Part shown: positions 38,484-49,718 of the stretch, piece by piece | Position numbering within the stretch: position 1 is the stretch's first letter | How the letters are laid out: every line of letters starts with the position of its first letter | Assembly (NCBI RefSeq): GCF_001896955.1 | Contig: NZ_MKRN01000176.1 | Span: 8,017 to 63,932 of the forward strand | Reading direction: 5' to 3' | Origin: Nitrobacter sp. 62-13 | Lineage (GTDB): Bacteria; Pseudomonadota; Alphaproteobacteria; Rhizobiales; Xanthobacteraceae | Length of the DNA: 55,916 bases | Translations under genes and position numbers: made by a program | Notes under the pieces: generated by a model | Database searches by the model: none | What the model saw: only the letters and a program-made list of their open reading frames with translations | Told to the model about the DNA's origin: nothing

Positions 38484-40124
38484 ATGTTCCGCTGCGGCAA
38501 GACGTTGATCGCTCTTACATTGCTAATGACGAATCCTGTCGCGGTCTCCGCCCAAACGGCCGACAATCCGCCCGGCTCCGGCAGCACGCAGCAGCTGACG
38601 ACCAAACCTTTGCCCGGTGCAGAGTTATTGAAATCCGAGCAGCTCGAAGCGCTGGTCGCCCCGATTGCGCTCTATCCCGATGAGTTGCTCGCAAATGTGC
38701 TGGCTGCGTCGACTTATCCACTTGAAGTCGTACAGGCCGACCGGTGGCTCAAGGAACGCAAAGCGCTCAAAGGCGATGCGTTGAAGAGCGAAGTTGAAAA
38801 GCAATCATGGGACAACAGCGTCAAGGCGCTTTCGAGCACTCCAGATGTCATTTCAATGATGAGCGACAAGATCGACTGGACCAAGAGTCTCGGCGATGCC
38901 GTTCTCGCGCAGCAAGCGGACGTCATGGATGCAATCCAACGCCTTCGTTCTAAGGCCTACGACAACAAAAAGCTTGTCACCACCAAACAGCAGAAGATCA
39001 GCGTTCAAACGCAAGAAAACAGGCGGACGATCGTCATCGAAGCTGCCAGCCCTGATACGATGTACGTGCCGTATTATGATCCGGCAACGGTTTACGGGAG
39101 CTGGCCCTATACAGAATATCCACCCTACTACTTCGGGTATCCGTCCTATATCGGCGCGGGAGTGATCGCGACGGGGCTCGCGTTCGGTGCGGCCTGGGCT
39201 ATCGGGCGCTGGGGTAATTATTGGGGCGGCGGGTTCAATTGGGGTAACCGCAATCTCTACGTCAATCACTACAACAGGACGAACAACATTGGAAACAGCT
39301 GGCAGCACAATCCGGCGCATCGCCAGGGCGTGCGATACAATAACGCGAACGTTCAGCAGCGCTTCGGCAATAACAATCTGAAGGCGGGCGTCTCGAACCG
39401 CATGGATTTTCGTGGCCGCGATGGGCAGCAGGTGCTTCGTCCCGGGCAGGATCGAGCTGGCGGCGGAGATCGGGCAGCAGGAGATCGTGCAGGCGACCGT
39501 GCGGCCTCGCGCAACCAGCCGGGCGGCGATCGTGGCAATCGGTCGGGCGCAGCCGATCGCGCCCGGGGTGGCGGCGACCGGGCCAAGGCAGGGAACAGGG
39601 CTGCCAACCGTAGCGGCGCGGCGCGTGGCGGCGGCAATCGTGGCGGCGCCATGAACATATCGTCGGGCAGGGCGGCTTCCGCGGCCTCGGTTCGCGGTCA
39701 CGCGAGTCTGGGCAGTCGAGGAGGCAGCTTCGCTGGACGCGGCGGCGCGGCATCCGCCGGCAGAGGAGACTTCCATGGCGGCGGATTTCGCGGCGGCGGT
39801 GGCGGGGGCTTCCGTGGTGGCGGTGGCGGTTTCCGCGGCGGCGGAGGGCGGCGATCCGATATCCAGTTGAAACACGACATCGTGCTGCTGGGGTATCTCG
39901 CCAATGGTCTCGGCTACTACCGCTTCAGCTATCTCGGCAGCAGGAAGTCATATGTCGGCGTGATTGCGCAGGAAGTGCAGAACCTGATGCCGCAAGCCGT
40001 GATCCGTGGTCGCGACGGCTACCTCAGAGTTTACTACGAGAAGCTGGGATTAAAGCTGAGAACCTACAACGACTGGTTCGCTGCGGGCGCAAAAATTCCT
40101 GTGTTGCGGGAGGTGTCGCCATGA
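38484..40124 (+). CDS. DUF3300 protein with RGG-rich linker and C-terminal peptidase S74 (intramolecular chaperone)-like domain
   Basis: LVAPIALYPD.LL..ASTYP (DUF3300); RRSDIQLKHDI..GVIAQEV..DGYLRVYY (S74-like); GAGGAG RBS. Confidence 0.85.
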   Translation: MFRCGKTLIALTLLMTNPVAVSAQTADNPPGSGSTQQLTTKPLPGAELLKSEQLEALVAPIALYPDELLANVLAASTYPLEVVQADRWLKERKALKGDALKSEVEKQSWDNSVKALSSTPDVISMMSDKIDWTKSLGDAVLAQQADVMDAIQRLRSKAYDNKKLVTTKQQKISVQTQENRRTIVIEAASPDTMYVPYYDPATVYGSWPYTEYPPYYFGYPSYIGAGVIATGLAFGAAWAIGRWGNYWGGGFNWGNRNLYVNHYNRTNNIGNSWQHNPAHRQGVRYNNANVQQRFGNNNLKAGVSNRMDFRGRDGQQVLRPGQDRAGGGDRAAGDRAGDRAASRNQPGGDRGNRSGAADRARGGGDRAKAGNRAANRSGAARGGGNRGGAMNISSGRAASAASVRGHASLGSRGGSFAGRGGAASAGRGDFHGGGFRGGGGGGFRGGGGGFRGGGGRRSDIQLKHDIVLLGYLANGLGYYRFSYLGSRKSYVGVIAQEVQNLMPQAVIRGRDGYLRVYYEKLGLKLRTYNDWFAAGAKIPVLREVSP

Positions 40125-41050
40125 TCGCATCGATACGGATTTCTCGCGCCGCTTCGACCGGTGCGGTAGCAATCCTTGCGATCGCTCTGTCAATCGGCGC
40201 GAGCCGGGCTCAACAGGCCTTTTCTTCGCCGGAAGATGCGGCAGCGGGACTGGTAGCGGCGGTCAAGACCGGCATGACACGAGCCATTCTGAAAGTCCTC
40301 GGCAGAAATGCCGAAGACCTGGTCGAATCCGGCGATAGCGTTGCTGACGAAGAGACGCGGAAGCGTTTTCTTTCTGCGTATGATGCCAAGCACGCCATCA
40401 AGGCTGAAGGAAACAAGAAGGCGACGCTTATTTTAGGCGCCGATGAATTTCCGTTTCCAATTCCACTTGTCAGCGGCAAGAGCGGCTGGGAATTCAACGC
40501 AAGCGCCGGGCGTCTCGAGATTCTTTATCGCCGCATCGGACGCAATGAATTGGATGCAATTCAGACCTGTCTCGCCTTCGTAGATGCCCAGAACGAATAT
40601 GCCGAGAAGGATCGAACAGGCGAAGGCGTCAGTATTTACGCTCAACGCATTGTCAGCAATCCTGGCAAGAAGGATGGACTATTCTGGCGCGACGACCGCG
40701 ACCCCAGCCCACTTGGCGAGTTGGCGGCGGAAGCATCATCAGAGGGCTATAAGGTCGATGGGCATGGCGCCCCGTATCACGGATATTTCTTTCGAATATT
40801 GAGGGGACAAGGCCCCAACGCGCCCGGTGGCGCACTGAACTACATCGTCAAAAGCAAAATGATCGGCGGTTTCGCGCTGATCGCTTATCCTGCCGAATAC
40901 GGCAACTCTGGAGTCATGACCTTCATGGTCAGCCATACCGGAACCGTCTATCAAAAGGACCTCGGCAAGAGAACGGACTTTCTCGCCAAACGTATCGTCT
41001 TGTTCGATCCGGATCAGACGTGGAAGAAGGTCGACACGACGGAGCATTGA
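40121..41050 (+). CDS. DUF2950 family protein
   Basis: FPFPIPLV, RRIGRNE, YHGYFFRIL, GGFALIAYPAEYGNSGVMTF; ATGA overlap. Confidence 0.85.
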   Translation: MIASIRISRAASTGAVAILAIALSIGASRAQQAFSSPEDAAAGLVAAVKTGMTRAILKVLGRNAEDLVESGDSVADEETRKRFLSAYDAKHAIKAEGNKKATLILGADEFPFPIPLVSGKSGWEFNASAGRLEILYRRIGRNELDAIQTCLAFVDAQNEYAEKDRTGEGVSIYAQRIVSNPGKKDGLFWRDDRDPSPLGELAAEASSEGYKVDGHGAPYHGYFFRILRGQGPNAPGGALNYIVKSKMIGGFALIAYPAEYGNSGVMTFMVSHTGTVYQKDLGKRTDFLAKRIVLFDPDQTWKKVDTTEH

Positions 41051-41202
41051 ACGCGACGGTTGAGCGAGGATGCTCACGCGTCTGGCCCGGTGTTTGTGTT
41101 GATTGTTTTCGGTGACGCGGCTGACGGCTCAGCTGCGACCATTCTGTGTCGCCATCCACCGTTGCGAAACGGAAAGTATCGAAGCCGACGATCGTTCATT
41201 TG

Positions 41203-41216
41203 TTGATCTAAATCAA
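41203..41216. promoter_or_regulatory. FixK/FNR box
   Basis: TTGATCTAAATCAA upstream of pflB. Confidence 0.9.
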
Positions 41217-41319
41217 AGCCAGAAATGCTGTCGACACGATGGTCATGGTGCATGCCGAGTTGTCGCCCTCGGTATCGATGTGTCCGACTTGATCGGTCCA
41301 AGCCGGTGGGAGATGCACC

Positions 41320-43590
41320 ATGAAAACCAGCGCAGCCCTGAGGACGGAAGCCAAGGCCGGAGATTGCTGGAGCGATTTCCAGCCCGGAGATTGGCTCAAC
41401 TCCATCAACGTTCGCGATTTCATCATCCGAAATGCTACGCCTTACGCGGGTGACGAAGCTTTTCTCGCCGGACCGTCTCAGCGTACCAAGGCCGTCTGGG
41501 CGAAATTGCAGCCGTACTTCGCCGAGGAACGAAAAAAGGGGGTGCTTGCAGTCGATGCTCAAACTCCCTCGACGCTGCTTGCTCACAAGGCTGGCTATAT
41601 CGATCGCGATAATGAAGTTATTGTAGGTCTTCAGACCGACCAACCTTTCAAGCGAGCGATTTTTCCGTTCGGCGGATTGCGGATGGTCGAAGCGGGTCTC
41701 AAGGCCGCGGGCTTCGAACCCGACCCGGTCGTCCACGAGGTTTTCACGAAATACCGAAAGTCGCATAACGACGGCGTCTTCGACGCCTATACGCCCGAAA
41801 TCATGAAATGCCGGAAATCCGGGATTATCACTGGCCTGCCCGATGCTTACGGTCGTGGCCGTATTATTGGAGATTACCGGCGGGTTGCTCTTTATGGGAT
41901 CGACCGCCTTCTCGCAGCCAAGCGAGCCGAGCGGGAACAGATCGACGACATGTGGCCGAGCGATGACATCATTCGGTTGCGCGAAGAACTTTCCGACCAG
42001 ATACGCGCACTTGAAGACCTATCCTCGATGGTCAAGCTATACGGCCTCGATATATCGAAGCCTGCCCGCAATGCTCAGGAGGCGTTCCAATGGACCTACT
42101 TCGCCTATCTGGGGGCGATCAAGGAGGCCAACGGGGCCGCCATGTCCATTGGCCGTATATCGACTTTCCTCGACATCTACATCGAGCGTGATCTGAAGCA
42201 GGGCGCTTTGGACGAAAACGAAGCTCAGGAACTCTGGGATCAGCTGGTTCAGAAGCTTCGCATAGTCCGCTTTTTGCGCACACCCGAATATGACGCGTTG
42301 TTCAGCGGAGACCCTTATTGGGCGACCGAGTGCATCGGGGGTATGGATCTGGACGGGCGCACGCTGGTGACCAAGAGCAGCTATCGCATGCTGCACACGC
42401 TTACGAATCTCGGTCCGGCGCCTGAGCCGAACATCACGGTGCTGTGGTCCAACCATATGCCCGCGGCGTTCAAACGCTATTGTGCCAAGGTCAGCCGCGA
42501 TACGTCCTCGCTTCAATACGAAAACGACGATCTGATGCGCCCGTTCTGGGGCGACGATTACGGTATCGCGTGCTGCGTTTCGGCGATGCGCCTCGGCAAG
42601 CAGATGCAGTTCTTTGGCGCCCGTGTGAACCTGGCGAAGGCGCTGCTGTATGCGATCAATGGAGGCCGCGACGAAGTCTCAGGCGAGCAGGTAGCACCCC
42701 AGACGAGGCCGGTCGCAGGCGACTTCCTCGACTACGACGATGTGATGGCCAAGTTCGACACCACGATGGAGTGGCTGGCGCGCACATATGTCCACGCGAT
42801 GAACTGCATCCACTACATGCACGACAAGTATTTCTACGAACGCCTGGAGATGGCGTTGCATGATCGCGACGTCCTCCGAACAATGGCGTTCGGCATCGCC
42901 GGCCTATCGGTGGTGGCCGATAGCCTCAGCGCGATCAAGTACGGCAAGATTCGTGTGGTCCGCGATGCGACAGGGTTGGTGGTCGATTATCAGAATGAGG
43001 GGAATAAGGCTGTTCCCCAATTTGGTAACAATGATGACCGCGTTGATCAAATCGCCTCAAGCATCGTCACCAGCTTCATGGAGAAGATACGAAAACATCC
43101 TACCTATCGCAACGCGACGCATACGCAGAGCGTGCTCACCATTACCTCCAACGTAGTTTACGGAAAGGCCACCGGTAACACCCCCGATGGGCGCCGCAAG
43201 GGCGAACCGTTCGGGCCGGGCGCAAACCCGATGCACGGTCGGGACAGCCACGGCTGGCTTGCTTCCTGTCTGTCTGTTGCAAAGCTCCCCTACAAGGACG
43301 CGCAGGATGGCATCAGCTATACGGTTTCCGTCGCTCCACAGAAGGCGCATCTCTCGGAAAGCCAGATGATCGAAGAAGCCGTCAAGGCTTTTGACGTTTA
43401 TTTTGATCGAGGCGGATTCCACATGAATCTGAACGTGATCGATAAAGACACGCTCGAGGATGCGATGAAAAATCCGGACAAGTACCCTCAGCTCACCATT
43501 CGAGTCTCCGGTTATGCCGTCAACTTCGTTCGTCTCACGCCGGAACAGCAGAGAGATGTGATCAGCCGCACTTTCCACGGCCAGATCTGA
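41320..43590 (+). CDS. pflB: Pyruvate formate-lyase (formate C-acetyltransferase)
   Basis: [17 protein letters not shown], active-site IACCVS, glycyl-radical RVSGY. Confidence 0.97.
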   Translation: MKTSAALRTEAKAGDCWSDFQPGDWLNSINVRDFIIRNATPYAGDEAFLAGPSQRTKAVWAKLQPYFAEERKKGVLAVDAQTPSTLLAHKAGYIDRDNEVIVGLQTDQPFKRAIFPFGGLRMVEAGLKAAGFEPDPVVHEVFTKYRKSHNDGVFDAYTPEIMKCRKSGIITGLPDAYGRGRIIGDYRRVALYGIDRLLAAKRAEREQIDDMWPSDDIIRLREELSDQIRALEDLSSMVKLYGLDISKPARNAQEAFQWTYFAYLGAIKEANGAAMSIGRISTFLDIYIERDLKQGALDENEAQELWDQLVQKLRIVRFLRTPEYDALFSGDPYWATECIGGMDLDGRTLVTKSSYRMLHTLTNLGPAPEPNITVLWSNHMPAAFKRYCAKVSRDTSSLQYENDDLMRPFWGDDYGIACCVSAMRLGKQMQFFGARVNLAKALLYAINGGRDEVSGEQVAPQTRPVAGDFLDYDDVMAKFDTTMEWLARTYVHAMNCIHYMHDKYFYERLEMALHDRDVLRTMAFGIAGLSVVADSLSAIKYGKIRVVRDATGLVVDYQNEGNKAVPQFGNNDDRVDQIASSIVTSFMEKIRKHPTYRNATHTQSVLTITSNVVYGKATGNTPDGRRKGEPFGPGANPMHGRDSHGWLASCLSVAKLPYKDAQDGISYTVSVAPQKAHLSESQMIEEAVKAFDVYFDRGGFHMNLNVIDKDTLEDAMKNPDKYPQLTIRVSGYAVNFVRLTPEQQRDVISRTFHGQI

Positions 43591-43603
43591 ACCGAGGTGA
43601 ACC

Positions 43604-44431
43604 ATGTCGACGGTGCAGATGCTTGAATCCGGAAGTCGTTATGACCTCCGGGTTGGAATTTCACCCGACGCGCCGGACGAAGGCCAGCTCAAGGATGAAG
43701 AGGGCGCGTTCGGGTATTGTCACTCCTACGAAACCTCATCTCGATATGATGGGCCAGGTCTACGCATCGTGATCTTCGTCTCCGGCTGTCTTTTGCGATG
43801 CACCTACTGCCACAATCCGGATACGTGGCATCTTAAGGATGGGACTTACGTTTCGGCCGACCATGTGCTTCGTCGCGTAAGTGATTTCGTGCCCGCACTT
43901 CTTCCGCTTGGCGGAGGACTTACAATTTCCGGCGGAGAGCCGATGGTTCAACTTGCATTCACACGGCGGATATTCGCCGGAGCAAAGGCGTTGGGCCTGC
44001 ACACAGCCATTCAGACCTCGGGGTTTATGGGGGATCGTGTCGATGAAAATTATCTGTCGAACATCGACCTTGTCATGCTCGACATCAAGAGTTCGGATCC
44101 CGACACCTACCGACGGGTGACGGGTCGCGATCTCGCGCCGACGCTGCGCTTCGCTGAGCGGCTTGCTGCGCTTTCCAAGCCGGTGTGGGTTCGTTTCACA
44201 CTCGTCCCCGGCGAGACCGACGAACCCGCCAACGTCGACGGCATCGCTCAATTTGTCGCGCCGATGAAAAATGTCGAGTGGGTCGAGGTGCAGCCGTTCC
44301 ATCAGATGGGCGCATTCAAGTGGAAGGCGATGGGACTCGATTACAAGCTGCTCGACACGCCGCCTGCCGGCAAGGACCTGGTAGACCGCGTCGTCGGGCA
44401 GTTTCGATCGGCAGGCTGTCAGGTTCGCTAG
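43604..44431 (+). CDS. pflA: PFL-activating radical SAM enzyme
   Basis: DGPG.R, GCLLRCTYCHNPDTW, SGGEP. Confidence 0.95.
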   Translation: MSTVQMLESGSRYDLRVGISPDAPDEGQLKDEEGAFGYCHSYETSSRYDGPGLRIVIFVSGCLLRCTYCHNPDTWHLKDGTYVSADHVLRRVSDFVPALLPLGGGLTISGGEPMVQLAFTRRIFAGAKALGLHTAIQTSGFMGDRVDENYLSNIDLVMLDIKSSDPDTYRRVTGRDLAPTLRFAERLAALSKPVWVRFTLVPGETDEPANVDGIAQFVAPMKNVEWVEVQPFHQMGAFKWKAMGLDYKLLDTPPAGKDLVDRVVGQFRSAGCQVR

Positions 44432-44459
44432 CTGCATCAGGGGTTCGGGAGAAACCAAA

Positions 44460-46061
44460 ATGCTGGACCTTGCTCGTGACATTATCGGAAGCCAACCGAT
44501 ACTGACTGCCTTCCTGGCGATCGGGTTGGGTTATCTGGTCGGTCAGGTCAGTATCGCAGGATTTTCTCTCGGCGTCGGCGCCGTTCTTTTCGTCGGCCTT
44601 GCCATCGGTGCGTTCGCCCCCAAAGCGCAGATCATCGGCCCGATCGGACTGACAGGACTGATCATGTTCCTGTACGGCATCGGTATCCTGTACGGCAGGC
44701 AGTTCTTCGAAGGCATGGTCGGCGTCGGGCAGAAGTACAATATACTTGCTCTTGTCGCATGTCTGGCCGGCTTATTGGTCGCGCTCGGGCTTGGACATAT
44801 CTTCGGCATCGGGGTCGGACATACGCTCGGTATCTATGCCGGATCGATGACAAGCACGGCCACGCTCCAGGCCGCGCTCGACGTCATGAAGAACAAGGAT
44901 CCGTCGATCGGCTATTCGATTGCTTATCCATTCGGGGTCATCGGTCCGATCCTGTGCATCTACTTCATGAACCGAATCGTAAAGCCGAAATTTCCGGCTA
45001 AAGCGCAGCGATTCCAAATGGGCGAGATATCGATCGGCAAAAGCCACGCCGGAAAGAGACTTGACGAATTGATGACGAAGGTGCTGAGCAGCGTGCAGGT
45101 CACGATGGTTCGCAAAGACGGACGCAACTTGGTCCCTGAGGCCGATACTGTCTTGTCCGCCGGCGATGCGATTCTCGTGATCGCGGAGCAGAACGAAGAA
45201 ATTGCCAAAGCGGCCGCCGCGCTCGGAAAGCTGGAGCCCGGACGCCTGGCCGGCGACCGCACCGACCTTGATTACATCAGAGTCTTTGTCGGAAAAGCCA
45301 GTGTGGTCGGAATACCGCTCGCCAAGCTTCCTATGCCGGCCGGCTTTCCGACGCACATCTTGCATGTCCGTCGCTATGACGCGGATCTCGTGCCGACGCC
45401 GGACCTCATGCTCGAATTCGGCGACCGGGTCGGCGTGCTGATGCCGCCTGATCGAAAGGACGATATCCGACGTCACTTTGGCGACACGGTCAAGGCGGCG
45501 GCTGAATTCAGCTATGTCTCACTTGGAGTTGGAATGGTCCTGGGCGTCCTGCTCGGGCTCGTTCCGATTCCTGTTCCTGGCGTAGGCGTGGTGACGCTCG
45601 GTATTGGTGGGGGACCGCTGATCGTCGCTCTCATCCTGGGCAAAATGCGCCGCACGGGTCCCATGCTCTGGACCATGCCGTTACCGGCGAATATTGTCTT
45701 GCGAAATTTTGGGCTAGCGATGTTTCTTGCCACCGTCGGCGTCAACGCCGGGCAGCCCTTTGTTCGTACCGTCACGGAATCGGGCTTCACTATGCTCTTT
45801 ATTGGAGGTGCGGTTCTGCTCACGACGGTATTCATCGTCTTGCTGGTCGGCCATTACGTTCTGAAGATCCCGTATGACGATCTCGCGGGGGTGGCGTCCG
45901 GCGCCACAGGAAATCCGGCGATTCTCGTCTATTCGACCAAGATGGCGCCGACCGAACGGCCCGACATCGGTTACGCTATGATCTTTCCGTCCATGACGCT
46001 GGTGAAGGTGATAGCGGCGCAGATCGTAGGTCTCCTGATGGCCGGTAGTAGCGCCGGCTAG
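44460..46061 (+). CDS. YidE/YbjL (AspT-like) antiporter with TrkA-C domains
   Basis: Duplicated membrane halves, GYSIAYPFG, central RCK_C-like repeats. Confidence 0.85.
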   Translation: MLDLARDIIGSQPILTAFLAIGLGYLVGQVSIAGFSLGVGAVLFVGLAIGAFAPKAQIIGPIGLTGLIMFLYGIGILYGRQFFEGMVGVGQKYNILALVACLAGLLVALGLGHIFGIGVGHTLGIYAGSMTSTATLQAALDVMKNKDPSIGYSIAYPFGVIGPILCIYFMNRIVKPKFPAKAQRFQMGEISIGKSHAGKRLDELMTKVLSSVQVTMVRKDGRNLVPEADTVLSAGDAILVIAEQNEEIAKAAAALGKLEPGRLAGDRTDLDYIRVFVGKASVVGIPLAKLPMPAGFPTHILHVRRYDADLVPTPDLMLEFGDRVGVLMPPDRKDDIRRHFGDTVKAAAEFSYVSLGVGMVLGVLLGLVPIPVPGVGVVTLGIGGGPLIVALILGKMRRTGPMLWTMPLPANIVLRNFGLAMFLATVGVNAGQPFVRTVTESGFTMLFIGGAVLLTTVFIVLLVGHYVLKIPYDDLAGVASGATGNPAILVYSTKMAPTERPDIGYAMIFPSMTLVKVIAAQIVGLLMAGSSAG

Positions 46062-46550
46062 CTCGCGCTCGCAAACCCATTCCTTGCCCGCAGGACACTT
46101 GCGTCCGCTCGACAAAGTCGCCGGACAGCATTGAATATTCTCGCGGATACAGCATCAGCCGTCGATACCTCGATCTTGCCGGACTAAAGGTGAAAATCGA
46201 CAAGCTGCAGGCGGACATCGCAAAGCAATCCGTCGGCGACGAGTTCGATCGAGATGTTGTCAGGCTCGATCGCTTCAAGGCGATACACACCGCTCTCGCT
46301 CCGGCGACCGCTTCTTAGAGCGTTTTGGTCGGATCTTTGGAGAACTTGCGCAAGATGTCGTCTTCGCTTTGATCTTTAGGAGCGTAGGGTTCATCAGCGC
46401 CTTTGATAAAACCAAGCTCTGTAGCCACTCAGGGGAGATCCTCTTCGGCAATTCCCGTCGTGAGAGCTTCGCGATGCTATACTCGCCGCGCGGGTCGTTA
46501 AAAGCGATTGGCTTTTTGGCCCAACATTGCTTGTGATCCGCCGATGTCCG

Positions 46551-46730
46551 TTACGATCGGCTCGGTCCTTGGCGCCCGTCCAGGCGAAGTCTTTGCGCTT
46601 TCAAGCGCCTTATCTCATCGTCGAGTACGTCCATTTCCGCGGCGCGTCGTTCGTTCTTGGATTTCAACGCATCGTCGGATCGCAGTTTTTCTAGCGCTTT
46701 CTGGACCGAGAGCTTTGGTGTATCCGCCAT
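46551..46730 (-). CDS. Small coiled-coil hypothetical protein
   Basis: GGAGG RBS; MADTPKLSVQKALEKLR..LDDEIRRLKAQRLRL. Confidence 0.6.
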   Translation of the reverse strand: MADTPKLSVQKALEKLRSDDALKSKNERRAAEMDVLDDEIRRLKAQRLRLDGRQGPSRS

Positions 46731-46876
46731 GACAAACCTCCAAGCGACAAGCATCCGAACGATAGCAGCCGCTCAATCGAGATCAGAGTGCGGTTCCCGA
46801 CCTGATGGCCCTCAACTTTCTCGCCAGGCAGGCTCGCAATTAAGATTTATTATCCCCGATCCTTGGCGGTCGCTGG

Positions 46877-46890
46877 TTGATCCAGATCAA
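46877..46890. promoter_or_regulatory. FixK/FNR box
   Basis: TTGATCCAGATCAA. Confidence 0.8.
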
Positions 46891-46967
46891 CGTGTGTTGT
46901 GGTGTACCTTGATCAGCTGAGAGGGGGCGACTGCTCCATAAAAGAAGGGATCGAAGCTGCGGCCAAA

Positions 46968-47004
46968 ATGGTTTCATTACCTGCTTTTATGGTTTCATTA
47001 CCTG
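46968..47004. repeat. 16-bp direct repeat with 21-bp period
   Basis: ATGGTTTCATTACCTG at 46968 and 46989. Confidence 0.9.
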
Positions 47005-47029
47005 TGCCAGTAACAAAAAGGGCCGCACC

Positions 47030-47434
47030 CTAAGCCGGATACTGGCGAGAGATGGCCTCTCGAACCCGCATCACGAGGCTGTCCTCTAAATGGGGTTTGA
47101 ACAAAATATAGTCGATACCGGCTGCCGCAGCCTTCTCCGTCATATGCCGATTGGGATAGCCGGTAATAAGGACAATCGGCGCCGCGACATTTTGTTGACG
47201 GAGGCGCGCGGCCACATCCAGTCCGTCCATGTGCGGCAATTTGTAATCGATCACCAGGCAATCGACATCCGCCGGATCGACGGAAGCCAGTAACGTCACG
47301 GCGGCGCTGAACGTACGAACCTTGAATCCGTGGGTTTCGAGAAGAAATCGCATTGACTGAAGCACAGCAGGATCGTCGTCGAGAATGCAGATTTTATACT
47401 TTGCGATTGTGAATTCTGTCATCTGATGCCGCAA
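47030..47434 (-). CDS. Single-domain response regulator downstream of fixJ
   Basis: ILDDD, LVIDYKLP, LITGY, FKP; weak box TTGA-N6-TCAA at 47480-47493. Confidence 0.85.
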   Translation of the reverse strand: MRHQMTEFTIAKYKICILDDDPAVLQSMRFLLETHGFKVRTFSAAVTLLASVDPADVDCLVIDYKLPHMDGLDVAARLRQQNVAAPIVLITGYPNRHMTEKAAAAGIDYILFKPHLEDSLVMRVREAISRQYPA

Positions 47435-47489
47435 ATCCCAATGATCGACCGTACAATACGGTCGCTGGAACGGGGCCCCTTGATTTGCC

Positions 47490-48104
47490 TCAATCGTTCA
47501 AGATGCCGGCGCGCAGGGCGAGCCGGATCAACTCGGACAGGTTATGGGCCTGCATCTTGGTCATGACATTTGCCCGGTAGACCTCGATCGTCCGGGGACT
47601 GATATTGTGTTCACGGGCTATCAGCTTATTGGACAGTCCTGCGACGAGGCCGTCCATGACCTGACGTTCCCGCTTACTGAGACTCGCTATCCTTGATGCG
47701 ATCTCAGCCGAGACGGCGTCACACTTCGCATGATCGGCGCTCTGGATAGCAGCCTCGATCATTCCGATCAGCCGTTCATCCTCGAACGGCTTTTCGATAA
47801 AGTCGATCGCTCCCAATTTTATCGCTTCAACTGCGAGGGGAATATCCCCGTGCCCGGTCATGATGATGACGGGAAGGGGCGAAGCATCGGCTTTGAGGCG
47901 GCGAAGCAGATCCATTCCATCGATGCCGGGCATGCGAACGTCGGACACGACACAGCCAAAACCCAGACCGGCGTGGGCGCTGAGGAAGGCGGCGGCGGTG
48001 TCGAACAGCGTGACGTTGAAACCTGCCGAGCCAAGCAAAAAATCGAGCGAGTCCCGCATCGTAGGATCGTCATCGATGACATAGACATTTCCCTTAGACG
48101 ACAT
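47490..48104 (-). CDS. fixJ: Response regulator FixJ
   Basis: [50 protein letters not shown]. Confidence 0.9.
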   Translation of the reverse strand: MSSKGNVYVIDDDPTMRDSLDFLLGSAGFNVTLFDTAAAFLSAHAGLGFGCVVSDVRMPGIDGMDLLRRLKADASPLPVIIMTGHGDIPLAVEAIKLGAIDFIEKPFEDERLIGMIEAAIQSADHAKCDAVSAEIASRIASLSKRERQVMDGLVAGLSNKLIAREHNISPRTIEVYRANVMTKMQAHNLSELIRLALRAGILND

Positions 48105-49629
48105 CTGGCAAATCCTCGGTCGACGCTATGGGCAAGGTCAGTCGGAAGGTGGCGCCGCCGGAATCGTTCGTTTCGGCCCACATTCGGCCGCCATGGGCCT
48201 CCACTATCGACCGGCTGATGGAGAGCCCGACACCCATCCCGGTTTCCTTGGTCGTGAAGAAAGTCTCGAAAAGGTTTGCAGCGGTGGCTTCGCTGAAGCC
48301 ATGGCCGGTATCCGATATGGACAATTCGACCATGTCGTCCGAGGCCTTTTTGCTGGAAGCGGCAAGTTCTCGTTTTGGTGAGTCCGCCATCGCCTCCAGG
48401 GCATTTCGAAACAGATTGACCAGGACCTGCTGAATCTGCACGCGATCGACCAGGACGCGGTCGCATTCCACGTCCAGTTCAAGCCGCAGTATGACGTTTT
48501 GTTCGCGGACGCCTGCGAGGCCGAGAGCCCCGGCTTCTTCCATCAGCTTTGCCAGGCTTTCGACGCGCTTCTCTGATTCCCGCCGGGAAACGAAATCACG
48601 CAACCGCCGAATAATCTGGCCGGCGCGAATGGCCTGATCTGCGGCTCGATCCAGCGCTGTTTCGATCTTCGCGATATTGGGGTCGGCACTCGCCGCCAGA
48701 AGACGGCGTGATCCCTTCATGTAGTTGCTGATCGCGGTCAACGGTTGATTCAATTCATGCGCAAGAGTCGAGGCCATCTCGCCCATCGCACTCAAGCGAG
48801 ACATGTGAATCAGCTCGGATTGCAATTCCTGAAGTTTTGCCTGGGTTTGCTGATGCTCCGTGAGATCGCGAACAAATCCGGTAAAATGTCGCTTCCCACC
48901 CGAATGCATCTCGCCGACGGACAGATGCATTGGAAAAGTAACTCCGTTTCGGCGTTTGCCGGTAACAATCCGTCCGATGCCGATAATGTGTCGTTCGCCG
49001 GTGGATTGATAGCGGGCCAAATAGCCGTCGTGTCGGCTGCTGTCCGGCTCCGGCATCAAGATGCTGACGTTCTGGCCGATGACTTCGTGTTCGGCATGAC
49101 CGAACAGACGTTCCGCCGCAGTGCTGAAGTGCTGCATGATGCCGTGGTCGTTAATAACGATCATCGCATCGGGAATCGTATCGAGGATCGAACGCAGATG
49201 ATCCTCGCGCGCGAGCAGGGCTTCTTCGATCAGCTTCTGATCGTCGATATCGAGCACGATGCCGCTGAGGCGCCGCGGCACTCCATCGTCGTCGATGACG
49301 AGACCCCCTCGTGCTCGAACCCAGCGACTCCCTTCTGACGTCCCACGGAGCCGGTATTGAATATCGAATCTGCACCCGGTCTTGATCGAACGCTGGATCG
49401 CCGATTCGGTGCGCGCGCGATCTTCCGGCTGAAGCAGCGAGAGAAAAAAATCGTAACTGGCCGGGCAGCTTTCCGAAACGCCAAAAAGCCTGCATGTTGC
49501 ACTGGACCAGAACAGTTTCCAGGTCGAGAGATCGAGATCCCAGATGCCGACTCCGGATTTGTCGATCCCGCGTTGCAACTCTTCGTCACGGAACAGGCTA
49601 TTCGGGGGTGGCGGATCATCACTCGTCAC
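48094..49629 (-). CDS. fixL: Heme-PAS O2-sensor kinase FixL (soluble, two PAS domains)
   Basis: [42 protein letters not shown]. Confidence 0.92.
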   Translation of the reverse strand: MTSDDPPPPNSLFRDEELQRGIDKSGVGIWDLDLSTWKLFWSSATCRLFGVSESCPASYDFFLSLLQPEDRARTESAIQRSIKTGCRFDIQYRLRGTSEGSRWVRARGGLVIDDDGVPRRLSGIVLDIDDQKLIEEALLAREDHLRSILDTIPDAMIVINDHGIMQHFSTAAERLFGHAEHEVIGQNVSILMPEPDSSRHDGYLARYQSTGERHIIGIGRIVTGKRRNGVTFPMHLSVGEMHSGGKRHFTGFVRDLTEHQQTQAKLQELQSELIHMSRLSAMGEMASTLAHELNQPLTAISNYMKGSRRLLAASADPNIAKIETALDRAADQAIRAGQIIRRLRDFVSRRESEKRVESLAKLMEEAGALGLAGVREQNVILRLELDVECDRVLVDRVQIQQVLVNLFRNALEAMADSPKRELAASSKKASDDMVELSISDTGHGFSEATAANLFETFFTTKETGMGVGLSISRSIVEAHGGRMWAETNDSGGATFRLTLPIASTEDLPDVV

Positions 49630-49718
49630 GGTTCACTTCCCGCACGGCCAGGAAAACTTCATTGGAAGTCTACTGTACCTCGCAATGAGCCGGCGTGAAG
49701 GGATTTCTTGATGCAACG

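Noticed and set aside
38853-39875. 340-aa minus-strand ORF (and similar long antisense ORFs at 23618, 24638, 41074, 43760, 49695, 53163)
   Set aside because: Shadows of well-supported genes caused by high-GC codon bias
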